Part shown: in pieces, positions 36,633 through 48,220 of the stretch
How the letters are laid out: every line of letters begins with the position of its first letter
Numbering within the stretch: the first letter of the stretch is position 1
Assembly: GCA_032718475.1 (NCBI GenBank)
Contig: JAUCBJ010005891.1
Span: 1 to 64,000, forward strand
Origin: Nemertoderma westbladi
Taxonomy: Eukaryota > Animalia > Xenacoelomorpha
Direction of reading: 5' to 3'
DNA: 64,000 bases
Made by a program: the position numbers and the translations under genes
Notes under the pieces: model-generated
What the model was told of the DNA's origin: nothing
What the model saw: the letters and a program-made list of their open reading frames with translations, nothing else
The model's database searches: none

Positions 36633-38794
36633 ACTGCACCTTAGTGCAGGCCGAGTAGTACAGTATATTATGCGTTATGCATAATATGCAATAATGTGCA
36701 ATAATGTTGCATAATGTGCAACATTTTTGTCTTTTTAATGTATTCATTATGTTTCCCCCAATCGAAAATCATGGCTACGCCACTGTCTATCTATCACCAT
36801 TTTTACACCGATTGAGCCAAAAATTTACAGACATTAATTATCCGATCTATGTGCAACATCTTGAAAAAAATAACACAAGAAATCCAATTACCTGTAGTTG
36901 ATTTTCCGCTTCGACAGGAAGTGATGAGCTTATTGATTTTTTGCCGAAGTGTCAATTTTGGCCTGTTTTAAAATACCGCCCATTTCCTCAATGTTCCTTC
37001 AATTTGCCTGAAAATGTACAGACGGACACACACATTTACGGGTATTTAATGAGTGGATTTTACGACAGGAGAGGCAGGCCTACAGAGAGAAATAGTAGCA
37101 CTCACTATAGCTAAGAAAAAAGTATCTATACTGTGAATTTTTTGTGCAGAATGGTAGAATAAATATGAACTGTCGTCTCATTCAACTTCACTAGATATTG
37201 ATAAGTTAAATAGGAAGCGAATGTGATAAGTGATCTCCAAACTATAGCACTAGCCGTTCCAGACACAAAGTAAAACATGAGACATACATGGTTATTAGCA
37301 ACCCGCGGTGAACTGGAACCAAGAAGATGCCTATCTACTAATCTACCATAAATAGTAATTGACAGATGTTAAGCCGCACTTTTAGCACTGAGTTATTGGG
37401 GTGTACCCGTGAAGCAAGTCCTTGTGATAAAACTAATTTGTTTAATGCCGAGATTACGGATATGATTTCCGTGATGTAAACGCGACAAGACACACTAAAA
37501 GTAAACACGGGCCCATCATGTGAAGAATACCACACTTTCTGCCGTTATATTTCACTTTGCAGTTACCACCATGTGAAGAATACCAGACTTTCTACCGTTA
37601 TATTTCACTTTGTAGTTACCCCCATGTGAAGAATACCAGACTTTCTACCGTTATATTTCACTTTGCAGTTACCCCCATGTGAAGAATACCAGACTTTCTA
37701 CCGTTATATTTCACTTTGTAGTTACCCCCATGTGAAGAATACCAGACTTTCTGCCGTTATATTTCACTTTGCAGTTACCCACATGTGAAGAATACCAGGT
37801 TTTCACCAAAAACACAGGTTACCGGCTATTTGCACTTTTCTAAAGAAAATGTAATATATTAATGTAGCCCTACACTGTAATTCCAAAATAGCTAATATCA
37901 CATATTAATTCCTTGTGCACCCTTTCTAATACTAAATACTTTGGCGGAGTTCTGTCCGCCATATGTTGTTATTATAAGCCCCGCCCCACCCAGTCAGAGC
38001 ACACAACCTATCCTACCCCTTATAATTCGATAATACGTCCAAGCCTCCATACAGCAGCACATACACGTACAGTACTATAATGAAACGCGAAATGGAGCTA
38101 GAGGAACAGCCAAGAGCTGCACCTGTTGTCAAGTGCCTTTAGATAACGTATTGTAAATGGGAGCTGTTGCTATAGGAACACAGCTTTAAGACTAACTAAT
38201 AGACGTTTGTCTGATAAATTATATCTAATTATTAAGTTGCCTGGTTGTATGTATTAAGATGCATATGGGTGCAGCAGTTAATCCTTATACTCTTTGCAGC
38301 TATGTTACTAAGTGTACAGTAACAGTAGTGCTTGCGTACTACTTTCTCCTTCCCGATGTAATACTGATGACATACGATATTATTTATAGATTGAATATTG
38401 TCAGCTGTGGCTGGTTCCAATCGCAAATGTTACTATACTCAAAAATATGTTAATAGTTATATTTTTATTGGAAAAATTGAAGTGTTAAGTTAGTATACTG
38501 ATATTCAGAGATGCTGTGACATCGCGGTGCCAGCACTGTCAATGTATATGGGGCGAGCCACGAACGTGTACAATACATTCAAAGTGCGACTGAAGTCTCT
38601 TCCCGGTTGAAACAATAAATATTGTTAAATAATCAGTGATAGAAAGTCTTTATTTCACTAAAGATATTGATTGAAAGTCAATTTTCCTCTCTGATTTTCG
38701 AAATTATTATTGTGTGTAGATAATGTTTTGATGAAAATGTATAGAGTATAATAGTTGCCATAATATAATAATTTATTATTGGTATTATGGGCAC

Positions 38795-38870
38795 AGACCT
38801 GAGCCGCTGGGTGCTTGTAGCGTCAGACTTCCAATTCGGAGGTCGCCAGTTCGATCCCACCTGGACGTCA
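38795..38870 (+). mobile_element. tRNA-derived SINE head
   Basis: cttccaa loop and gttcgatccc B box. Confidence 0.5.
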
Positions 38871-39334
38871 TTACCGACTTTACAAAAACTGTGCCCAACA
38901 AAAAATAAGTAAAGCGAAATGCCAGCCAACAACCCAGTGCATAGTTCATTAACTGTGGTTGAGTACAGTAGTAGATAACAATATGCTAGTCCTGTCAGTA
39001 CCAGAGATTCATTAAAAGTACATTATGTGATAGATATATTGATTAAATCCTTTATTGATTAAATCCTTTATCTCACGGACCATGGTGTGCTAATGAATTT
39101 CTCCTTTCCCTTCCCAGGCATATACAACTGTTCTTACAGTTGGCTGGTCTTGGTTACAGCGCCCTAAACCTCATATGAAAGCCGTTAGTTTTTTTGTGCC
39201 TGAAGATAAAATTAATAAATAAAGATATTCGTTATTTTATAAATGCTGCAGATGGGGAGGACATTCGACGCAATCAAAAGGGTATCCTTCTCCAGGGGAA
39301 AATCGACGTAAATTAACCTCGCTCATATACAATA

Positions 39335-39983
39335 CACAATCATAACGATATTCAAACATACAACCCACAATCATAACGATATTCAAACATACAACCCACA
39401 ATCATAACGATATTCAAACATACAACCCACAATCATAACGATATTCAAACATACAACCCACAATCATAACGATATTCAAACATACAACCCACAATCATAA
39501 CGATATTCAAACATACAACCCACAATCATAACGATATTCAAACATACAACCCACAATCATAACGATATTCAAACATACAACCCACAATCATAACGATATT
39601 CAAACATACAACCCACAATCATAACGATATTCAAACATACAACCCACAATCATAACGATATTCAAACATACAATACACAATCATAACGATATTCAAACAT
39701 ACAACCCACAATCATAACGATATTCAAACATACAACCCACAATCATAACGATATTCAAACATACAACCCACAATCATAACGATATTCAAACATACAACCC
39801 ACAATCATAACGATATTCAAACATACAATACACAATCATAACGATATTCAAACATACAACCCACAATCATAACGATATTCAAACATACAACCCACAATCA
39901 TAACGATATTCAAACATACAACCCACAATCATAACGATATTCAAACATACAACCCACAATCATAACGATATTCAATCATACAA
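39335..39983 (+). repeat. 31-bp minisatellite, about 21 copies
   Basis: cacaatcataacgatattcaaacatacaacc. Confidence 0.97.
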
Positions 39984-40983
39984 GCTGTTATTATTATTAA
40001 TCAATTGACACCTCGACTCCTCTCTGACTACTCTATCCGATAGAACAAAATAATCATTTCGCTAACTGTTCTCTATCTTCTATAATCACAACAGATTTTA
40101 TAATTCATTAGACGCCCATGTGAAGAATACCAGGATTTCACTTTTCGGTCGACTTTTTATTGGAATTTTATATATGAATATTTTTTATTTTTTTTAATTT
40201 ATCTTTATTAATATTTTATAGCGCTTATTTCTGTCTTATAACCTGTACATATACTAATTCGTTCATTGTTTTGGTTAGATTAAGCCCTTCTGTAACCTGT
40301 GTTTTTGGTGAAAACCTGGTATTGTTCACATGGGGGTAACTGCAAAGTGAAATATAACGGTAGAAAGTCTGGTATTCTTCACATGGGGGTAACTGCAAAA
40401 TGAAATATAACGGTAGAAAATCTGGTATTCTTCACATGGGGGTAACTGCAAAGTGAAATATAACGGTAGAAAGTCTGGTATTCTTCACATGGGCCAAGAA
40501 ATAAATTTAATTTGTTTCGACATAAATTTTTAAAGTAATTGAATTTTAAACTTGGTCCGTCGTATTGAATATAATTATAACATTGAAAGTATGTAGGCCC
40601 TCCTACAGAAACTATTTATTTTATTCTCTAAAATAATTAACTGGCGATCAAAATAGTATGTTAAAACAAATTAAATTTTTTATATTTTTTTTAAACCAAA
40701 TAAAATCATTTATAATTCTTTCAATCTTTCTATCTGGCACAAACTATTAAGCTACTAATTTCAAGCGAATAATCACAGTCGTACTTTACCATTTGTTGTT
40801 TGCCAGTTGGCAATTAATTAAAGATGATTTAAATGCAATTCTAAGAAATTCAATTCTAAGAAGTCCTCGTCCGACTAACAGTTAGCATTTAGCTACCAGT
40901 TATCTAGGGTAGCGTCTTGGAGACTAAATTAATCGAATTAATCTCCGAATCAATATCCGCAGCTTCTTAAGTGACAGTTAATG

Positions 40984-42075
40984 TGGGGCCAGCCACGAAG
41001 TTGGTGGAGCCTTAGGGAACTGACACTGTTTGGGGGTGGTGGGTCAATGGAAATGTTGTCGATACGATTTTGACATGCTAATAACTTTGTTGGATTTAGA
41101 CAAATCGAGGTGAAAATTTGTAGGCATTAATAGGACCAAAAGTTGAAATTTTTGTTGTGGTGAGGTGAGGTGAGGTGAGGTGAGGTGAGGTGAGGTGAGG
41201 TGAGGTGAGGTGAGGTGAGGTGAGGTGAGGTGAGGTGAGGTGAGGTGAGGTGAGGTGAGGTGAGGTGAGGTGAGGTGAGGTGAGGTGAGGTGAGGTGAGG
41301 TGAGGTGAGGTGAGGTGAGGTGAGGTGAGGTGAGGTGAGGTGAGGTGAGGTGAGGTGAGGTGAGGTGAGGTGAGGTGAGGTGAGGTGAGGTGAGGTGAGG
41401 TGAGGTGAGGTGAGGTGAGGTGAGGTGAGGTGAGGTGAGGTGAGGTGAGGTGAGGTGAGGGAGTGAGTGAGTGAGCAAATTTCAATCGGTTCTAACGATC
41501 TTCATAATTTTAGACCATCGATGCTTAGGTCAAATGCAAGGTCACTCGCAAATTTTCAGACCTCAGGGGTGCGTGGTCTACGAATTTGACAACCTGATTG
41601 GCCGTAACTGAAACTCGGTAACTCTCGACTAGAAGTAAACGAAACTCGTACATACTATCTAAGAACATCCCTCGCCTTAGTCACAACACCCTGGGTGGCC
41701 ACGACCCTTTTGGGCCGTGGGTCCAGGATTGGGGACACTCTGATTGGTCAAAACTGAAACTCGATAAATCTCGACCAGAATTAATCGAAACTCGTCTATA
41801 CTCACTAGGAATCCCTCACCTTAGTCTCAACTCAATTGAGTCACAATTCACATGACGGTGGGAGAAAGATTTCCACATAATTTCGTACCTTCGTCCTGGT
41901 CATTTGGACCTTATATATAACAAGCCCCTGTTAGTCAGTTTCAGTATGTCGTTACCTTTAATTATCATTGGGAATTTCGTCATGAGATGATAAACAACTA
42001 ATGTTTCTTGACTTTGGCCCCTACTAACTTTGTATTCTGTAAAGTACAGTTCTTGGCCGTACACGAAGGCCCCAC
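40984..42075 (+). mobile_element. Microsatellite-carrying non-autonomous element (Helentron/HINE-like), copy 1
   Basis: Starts gtggggccagccacgaagttgg and ends cgaaggccccac; homologous to 44776-46673. Confidence 0.55.
41159..41460 (+). repeat. (GGTGA)n pentanucleotide microsatellite, about 60 copies
   Basis: Perfect run. Confidence 0.99.
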
Positions 42076-42149
42076 ACACCCAGGACGAAGGTCCGAATGG
42101 GGCGAAGGTTCGAACAGGATGTAGGCAATGTTGTGCACCTTGCACAGCA

Positions 42150-42262
42150 TCCTGGAATTGGTATATATGTACCGTATTGAGACCTAGTGTCTTCAGCAGT
42201 TAGACCCCGGCAGGGCTGCCATAGAGCAGCACATGCTCGCTCCACTGCTGCACGGAAAAGGC
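42150..42262 (-). mobile_element. Small RTE fragment
   Basis: GLTAEDTRS..GTY matches ALTAEDTKSLDGTF of the RTE at about 34400. Confidence 0.6.
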
Positions 42263-42387
42263 ATATATCTTAAAAAAGCATGAGATATCACTCCCTCCCA
42301 GATCCTGGATAGCTTGTGGATGAATGGTGATCAAAAAATGGAAAAAAGTAACCAATTACCTAATATTATTTGTATTTCTTTCTCCAG

Positions 42388-42580
42388 TATTGTTACTGAT
42401 AAGACGCCTGATCTCTAAATGTCAGCTGATTCGCAACCAACTTAACGAACGTAGCGACATACCGGATCAGTTTGATCGCGACTTTGTTCTCCATACCAAC
42501 CGAGCTGACATGCTCGCATTCTCCTGCTCTCTCATCCATCTACTTTCGATAATTACCACAATACTACATCAGTTTGACAG
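42388..42580 (+). CDS. DCTN1: DCTN1 exon (VLLLIRRLISKCQLIR...LHQFD)
   Basis: Matches VLLLMPRLICKAELIR; phase-1 start joins 19194 across a 23.2-kb intron. Confidence 0.93.
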
Positions 42581-43359
42581 GTAAATATTCAATTTAAATA
42601 GGTGGCTGATAATTTATGCAGTATGATCGCGTAATTGGTTTCAGTTTTATTTTTCACGGTACAATACTTTATGCATTCATTTTATTGGTCAATATAACGA
42701 TTGTTATAATAACTAAATTAAATGGATTTTTTCGCTTAATGTTTGTCACTAAAATACTAGTGGCGTGCAAGCACGCGGGATGTAAATCTTCACCATCACC
42801 ATTACTACACAACACAGACAGATACCATCAGCTGAAACAAAAATACATACGTTTCCCTCTTATGATTATAATTACACCAATTATTGTAGTACTACAGTTG
42901 AAGGCCTACATTATTACTAAAATTCATTCACCTGGAATTAGTAATAATTCTCATTCGCCCATACCTTTACTGATAAGGCCATCAGCTGTATGAAATATTT
43001 AACACACACTAATGCTACCCTATGAAGAATTTCAAGTTTGTAAGGGAGTGGTGTTTAGGAAGTAGGGCCTAAGCAAACAGTATGGGTGTACTAAGTACAA
43101 TAATCTTGGCAACCTCATCGATTTATACTAAGCCTGTGTATAAATCCTTTACATAAGCCATTTTTCATCACGACACCAGCTGTTATTGGTATTATTTTAC
43201 CATTGCGTCAATGGCACTTTTCGTTTATTTAATTTTTTGCAAAAACTAATTACTGTATTTTTCTGAAAATTGCTTTATACACCCATTCAGACCATACACT
43301 ACAGGAGGGTAAAAAACAACACAATTGACCGGATAGTTTCGGAGCCTTTCGTGTAAAAA

Positions 43360-43395
<36 letters not shown>

Positions 43396-43422
43396 GCAAA
43401 CAGACAGACAGACAAACAGACA
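43360..43422 (+). repeat. (CAGA)n microsatellite
   Basis: cagacagacaga run, probably part of a non-autonomous element. Confidence 0.85.
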
Positions 43423-43692
43423 TATTTTCTTACAGTAAGTAATTCTGAGGATTTACAAATAATTATATGGTCCTCCACTCAAATATATTAATTATCACTA
43501 AAATGTATCAAGAATCACGTGCTCAGTGTAACCTGCTACTTTCCCATTTAATGATTATTAATAGATTTTAGTGATAATTATTATTAATGTGTAGTGGAAA
43601 CTGAATAATTTAATGAATTTCCTGTTAAATATTAGTGAAATATTCTTATTTTTAGTAGGACGATAAATGACCGACTTCATTCTATATTTTAG

Positions 43693-43861
43693 GGCGTTAA
43701 AGTCTTGCAATACCGACAAGTACATGAAATTAGGTGCGATGTACCCCGAGATGGCCGTTCACGAACATTCATTGGACAGTATTATAGAGAGTCTAAGAAA
43801 AGAGCAGTTTGACGATTCCTTGAAAATAGAGCCAATTCACAAAGCAATTGCTTTCTACCAG
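43693..43861 (+). CDS. DCTN1: DCTN1 exon (ALKSCNTDKYMKLGAMYPEMAVHEHSLD...FYQ)
   Basis: YPEM..HE.SLD motif; tttag / gtgaac. Confidence 0.95.
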
Positions 43862-44121
43862 GTGAACCTAAACATTAAACTATGCATTAATAAAAGCATT
43901 GTAAACAACCTTATACCTATAATTGATACGTAATTCATAAAGTAAGTAGTCGGTACAGTCGGTAAAGCTAAATAATTGCTATCACTACCTGCCTAAAAAA
44001 GTAAACCTTCCAATTTTAAATACTGAAACTTTATCAGAGTATAATGATATATATTTTAATATATCTGTATATTTTTTCATGTAATATATTATATTTCACG
44101 AAACTATCGTATTTCCCGCAG

Positions 44122-44337
44122 CATTTATACAACGTGCAACTGGTTGCTGAGGAACGCGATTGCACTGCAGCACTGGCGGACCACGTGGGTCTATCTAACG
44201 CGTCCACCGACTGTCTTGTTGTCGATTGTCGGAGAGTCGCCGCTATTGTACAGGACGACAACGAATCGACGGATACCCGACAATTCCTACGGGACTGTCA
44301 GCTGTTCGCCACAGATACAAAGGAGTTCTCTAGGAAG
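44122..44337 (+). CDS. DCTN1: DCTN1 exon (HLYNVQL...DCTAALADH...FSRK)
   Basis: Matches HLYSIHL..DCTMQLADH; gcag / gtagga. Confidence 0.95.
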
Positions 44338-44775
44338 GTAGGAGGTTTCTTTAGGTTATATTGTTATCGTCACTTTTAACTACTGTAGTGTTATAGGCTA
44401 CAAGTCACATTAGCTTGAACTTGAATCTCGAGAAATAATTACACTGTCGGATATATAATTTCTTTGTTAACATGGCATTGAGGGTGGGGATGGGAGTGGG
44501 GGGGGGGGGGGGGTAACTTTATTTATTGAACTATAACAAATATACTTTATAATCTCCTATTAGGCTTATTTATAATTATTTAAATTTATTTTATTTCCGT
44601 TTTGCTAACGAAAATCAACTCCATGTCTGAGGGTTAGGTTTGTACGCCATCTGTCGTTAGTTCAAGGATTACCTTATTAATGTTCTCCATTTAGTGTTCA
44701 TTTGAAGTATTCCATATTAATGTTATCCATCTATCGTCTAATTGAGGAATCTATTACAACACTCAATGTGTCATT

Positions 44776-46673
44776 GTGGGGCGAGCCACGAAGTTGGCGG
44801 AGCCTTAGCGAATTGACACTGTTAGGGGGTGGGTCAATTTATGCAAATAGTTGTCGTCGTCGTCGTCGTCGTCGTTGTCGTCGTCGTTGTCGTCGTCGTT
44901 ACGATTTTGACATGCTAATAACTTTGTCGGATTTAAAGCTGCCAAGTTGAAAATTTGTAGGTATCAATATGAGCAAAAGTTGAGATTTTTGAGAGACTTT
45001 CAGACACCATCAGTGCAATGGTCTCCCGCTAGAGGGCCACATGTCTAAACATTAAATGCCCTCCCATTTCTTTGCTTTTAATCCGTTTAAGCTGAAACTT
45101 GGCAGATATGTATTAGACCATTAGCTGTGACTTTCAAAGGAGGCGAATCCATCTGCAGTTCTCCAGTCTGCCGCTAGAGGGCCAAAGGTCTGAAAGTGAA
45201 ATCGTTGTCGTCGTTACGATTTTGACATGCTAATAACTTTGTCGGATTTAAAGCTGCCAAGTTGAAAATTTGTAGGTATCAATATGAGCAAAAGTTGAGA
45301 TGTTTGAGAGACTTTCAGACACCATCAGTGCAATGGTCTCCCGCTAGAGGGCCACATGTCTAAACATTAAATGCCCTCCCATTTCTTTGCTTTTAATCCG
45401 TTTAAGCTGAAACTTGGCAGATATGTATTAGACCATTAGCTGTGACTTTCAAAGGAGGCGAATCCATCTGCAGTTCTCCAGTCTGCCGCTAGAGGGCCAA
45501 AGGTCTGAAAGTGAAATCGTTGTCGTCGTTACGATTTTGACATGCTAATAACTTTGTCGGATTTAAAGCTGCCAAGTTGTAAATTTGTAGGTATCAATAT
45601 GAGCTAAAGTTGAGATTTTTGAGAGACTTTCAGACACCATCAGTGCTATGGTCTCCCGCTAGAGGGCCACATGTCTAAACATTAAATGCCCTCCCATTTC
45701 TTTGCTTTTAATCCGTTTAAGCTGAAACTTGGCAGATATGTATTAGACCATTAGCTGTGACTTTCAAAGGAGGCGAATCCATCTGCAGTTCTCCAGTCTG
45801 CCGCTAGAGGGCCAAATGTCTGAAAGTGAAATCGTTGTCGTCGTTATGATATTGACATGCTTATAACTTTGTCGAATTTAAAGCTGCCAAGTTGAAAATT
45901 TGTTTTGTTGAAAATCAGTTCAACAGTCACCCGCTATAGGACTACTTTATGCCTGAAAGTGAATAGATTCTCCCGTCTCATATGCCCTCCCATTTCTTTG
46001 CTTTTAATCCGTTTAAGCTGAAACTTGGCAGATATGTATTAGACCATTAGCTGTGACTTTCAAAGGAGGCGAATCCATCTGCAGTTCTCCAGTCTGCCGC
46101 TAGAGGGCCAAATGTCTGAAAGTGAAATCGTTGTCGTCGTTATGATATTGACATGCTTATAACTTTGTCGAATTTAAAGCTGCCAAGTTGAAAATTTGTT
46201 TTGTTGAAAATCAGTTCAACAGTCACCCGCTATAGGACTACTTTATGCCTGAAAGTGAATAGATTCTCCCGTCTCATTGATTTTAATCAGTTTAAGCTGA
46301 ATCTTGCCATATATTCTGGACCACATGCTGCGTCTTTGTGGGGGGGGGGGGGGGGGGGAGATTTAATCGGTCTGCCGCTATACGACGAAATTTCTGAAAG
46401 TGAGATCCGTCTCTCATTTCGTTATCCGTTATTCAAGATGAAACTTGGCCGATGTACGTATGTACTATTCATCCATAGGCTGTGTCTTTGTGGGGCTGGA
46501 GACCCTAATCCATCTTCAGTTCTCACTATACCGCTAGAGTCAGAAATGTCTGAATAGAAATGAAAGAGGTAAAAAGTGATTAGGCGAAATCTGCTTAAAA
46601 TTTGCTAATACAGTAATACTTTCGAATTAGTACTTAAATTAAATTTAAGTCACGTGCTGCGCGAAGGCCCCAC
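44776..46673 (+). mobile_element. Same family, copy 2, with (GTC)n and an internal 315-bp tandem repeat (about 4.5 units)
   Basis: Shared 5' region and 3' gaaggccccac; unit starts at 44901, 45216, 45531, 45846 and 46142. Confidence 0.6.
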
Positions 46674-47049
46674 TTCGTGTATTTAACGTTAACCAGCGCT
46701 GCCATTGTAGGCATAGATACGTGTTAAACAACCCGGTTTCGTTTTATTTACGTCAGAAAAATGTATTTGTGTAGCTTTATTGTTTTTTTCTCATAAAATT
46801 CTGAAATCTTAAATATGCAATATTGGCCTTTCTGAGATAGAATTTTCTTGAAAATCCTTATAATTGTAAATGTTTGATTCAAGTTTTTTCGTTGTAATCA
46901 TTTACGCTGTACAGAACCTGCCGAAACTTTTTTCATTACTAATTTTTAACCTGGGGGATGTTTCCGAAGTTTATAATAACTTCGTGGTAATAAATTTGCG
47001 TAAAAATGACTTTGGATGTACAATAATTATAAAAATGCAGGGACCCCAC

Positions 47050-47147
47050 ATTGTGTAGCTGTCAGCATACCTGAACGGTTACGACACGAGTTCGATCCCA
47101 GCTGGTGGTGAATTCATTGTTTCGCTAGTATTATTGCTATAGAGTTG
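47050..47147 (+). mobile_element. tRNA-derived SINE of the 11075 family
   Basis: cagcatacctgaacg...gttcgatcccagctggtgg...ctatagagttg. Confidence 0.65.
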
Positions 47148-47871
47148 TCGCCAAAGTTATTGTTTTTTTTTCATTTATATTTATTTAATCTAAGTATATT
47201 AAAAAATATCGTGACCAGTCAGAACAACATATACGAAATGCAAATGACCCAAGAACGCATTATGCATCATTTTACAAAAGCAATTCATTGAAATTGTGTG
47301 GGTCTCTGTGACAAAATCCTGGAGGCAAAACAGCAGCTAAATAATAATGTTAATTTTCATGTGTTGTTTGGCCACTCTGAAAAATAACAAATAAAATAAT
47401 TGTTCATTATAAAATTATCTAACCGTGGCCCCATTTTATAATTACTCATTATTTCTTCCCGCAACTCTGTGCAAAAAATTATAATCCACCCACACTGAGG
47501 CTAATGAGTTAGTTATTCTCGATTCTACTGTGTATGGTTATTTGTAATACCGAGTAACCGTAAACCTTAGATAGAAAAAGGTTGCAACAACATTATTGAA
47601 GCTTTACAATATTATTTATTACAATAACATAATTATTAATATTTTTAATTAGTTTTACACTGACGAACTCATTTGCGTATGTTTCTGTACTTTTTATAGA
47701 CTTTATCTGTTAACAAATAATGTTTCTCTATAGTTTGTTTCTATTTCTAACTGCAGACTGCCCCATATGTAGTATTAATTAATCGACAATCATATAAAAT
47801 AATATGATTTACTATTGGTTGTTTAGTTAACCTGTCGCAGTTGCTATAGTTACCTCCGTTCCATTCCCCAG

Positions 47872-47928
47872 ATTCGAAGACGCCTCCCCCAGAGGGAACA
47901 GATCGCTCCGCTTAACTTCAGCACCGCG
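47872..47928 (+). CDS. DCTN1: DCTN1 exon (IRRRLPQREQIAPLNFSTA)
   Basis: IRRRMP motif; cccag / gtgagt. Confidence 0.9.
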
Positions 47929-48076
47929 GTGAGTTAGCTGTTTCTATGGTAACCCTGTTTCTTATCTTATACTTTCTTACTTACAAATTATTTCTGGATT
48001 CCTTACGCGATAATTTATAACATTTCATTAACAAACTGGAGTTCGTGACGAGTTCATACTGTATTTATTATCTTTT

Positions 48077-48220
48077 GGAGCGGGGTAGCTCAGTTGGTTT
48101 AGCGCCGGACCTGTAATCTATTGGTTGTAGGTTCGAGCCCCACCAGGGTCTACCGAGCCGTTAATTTTTATGGGGTCGATATAATGAGTACCAGTTAAAT
48201 TACTGGGAGCAAAACTTTGG
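48077..48220 (+). mobile_element. tRNA-derived SINE head and core running directly into the 36-bp satellite
   Basis: A box tagctcagttgg, B box ggttcgagccc, core ggggtcgatataatgagtaccag. Confidence 0.8.

Larger units (their letters stand above)
37510..40495. mobile_element. Foldback-like element whose inverted arms are 53-bp tandem arrays
   Basis: 37510-37822 (about 5.5 units) is inverted at 40292-40495 (about 3.5 units); termini ggccc / gggcc. Confidence 0.7.

Noticed and set aside
41044-41485. (PHLTS)n ORFs or telomeric repeat
   Set aside because: A pentanucleotide microsatellite, not TTAGGG/TTAGG, and internal to a repeat element.
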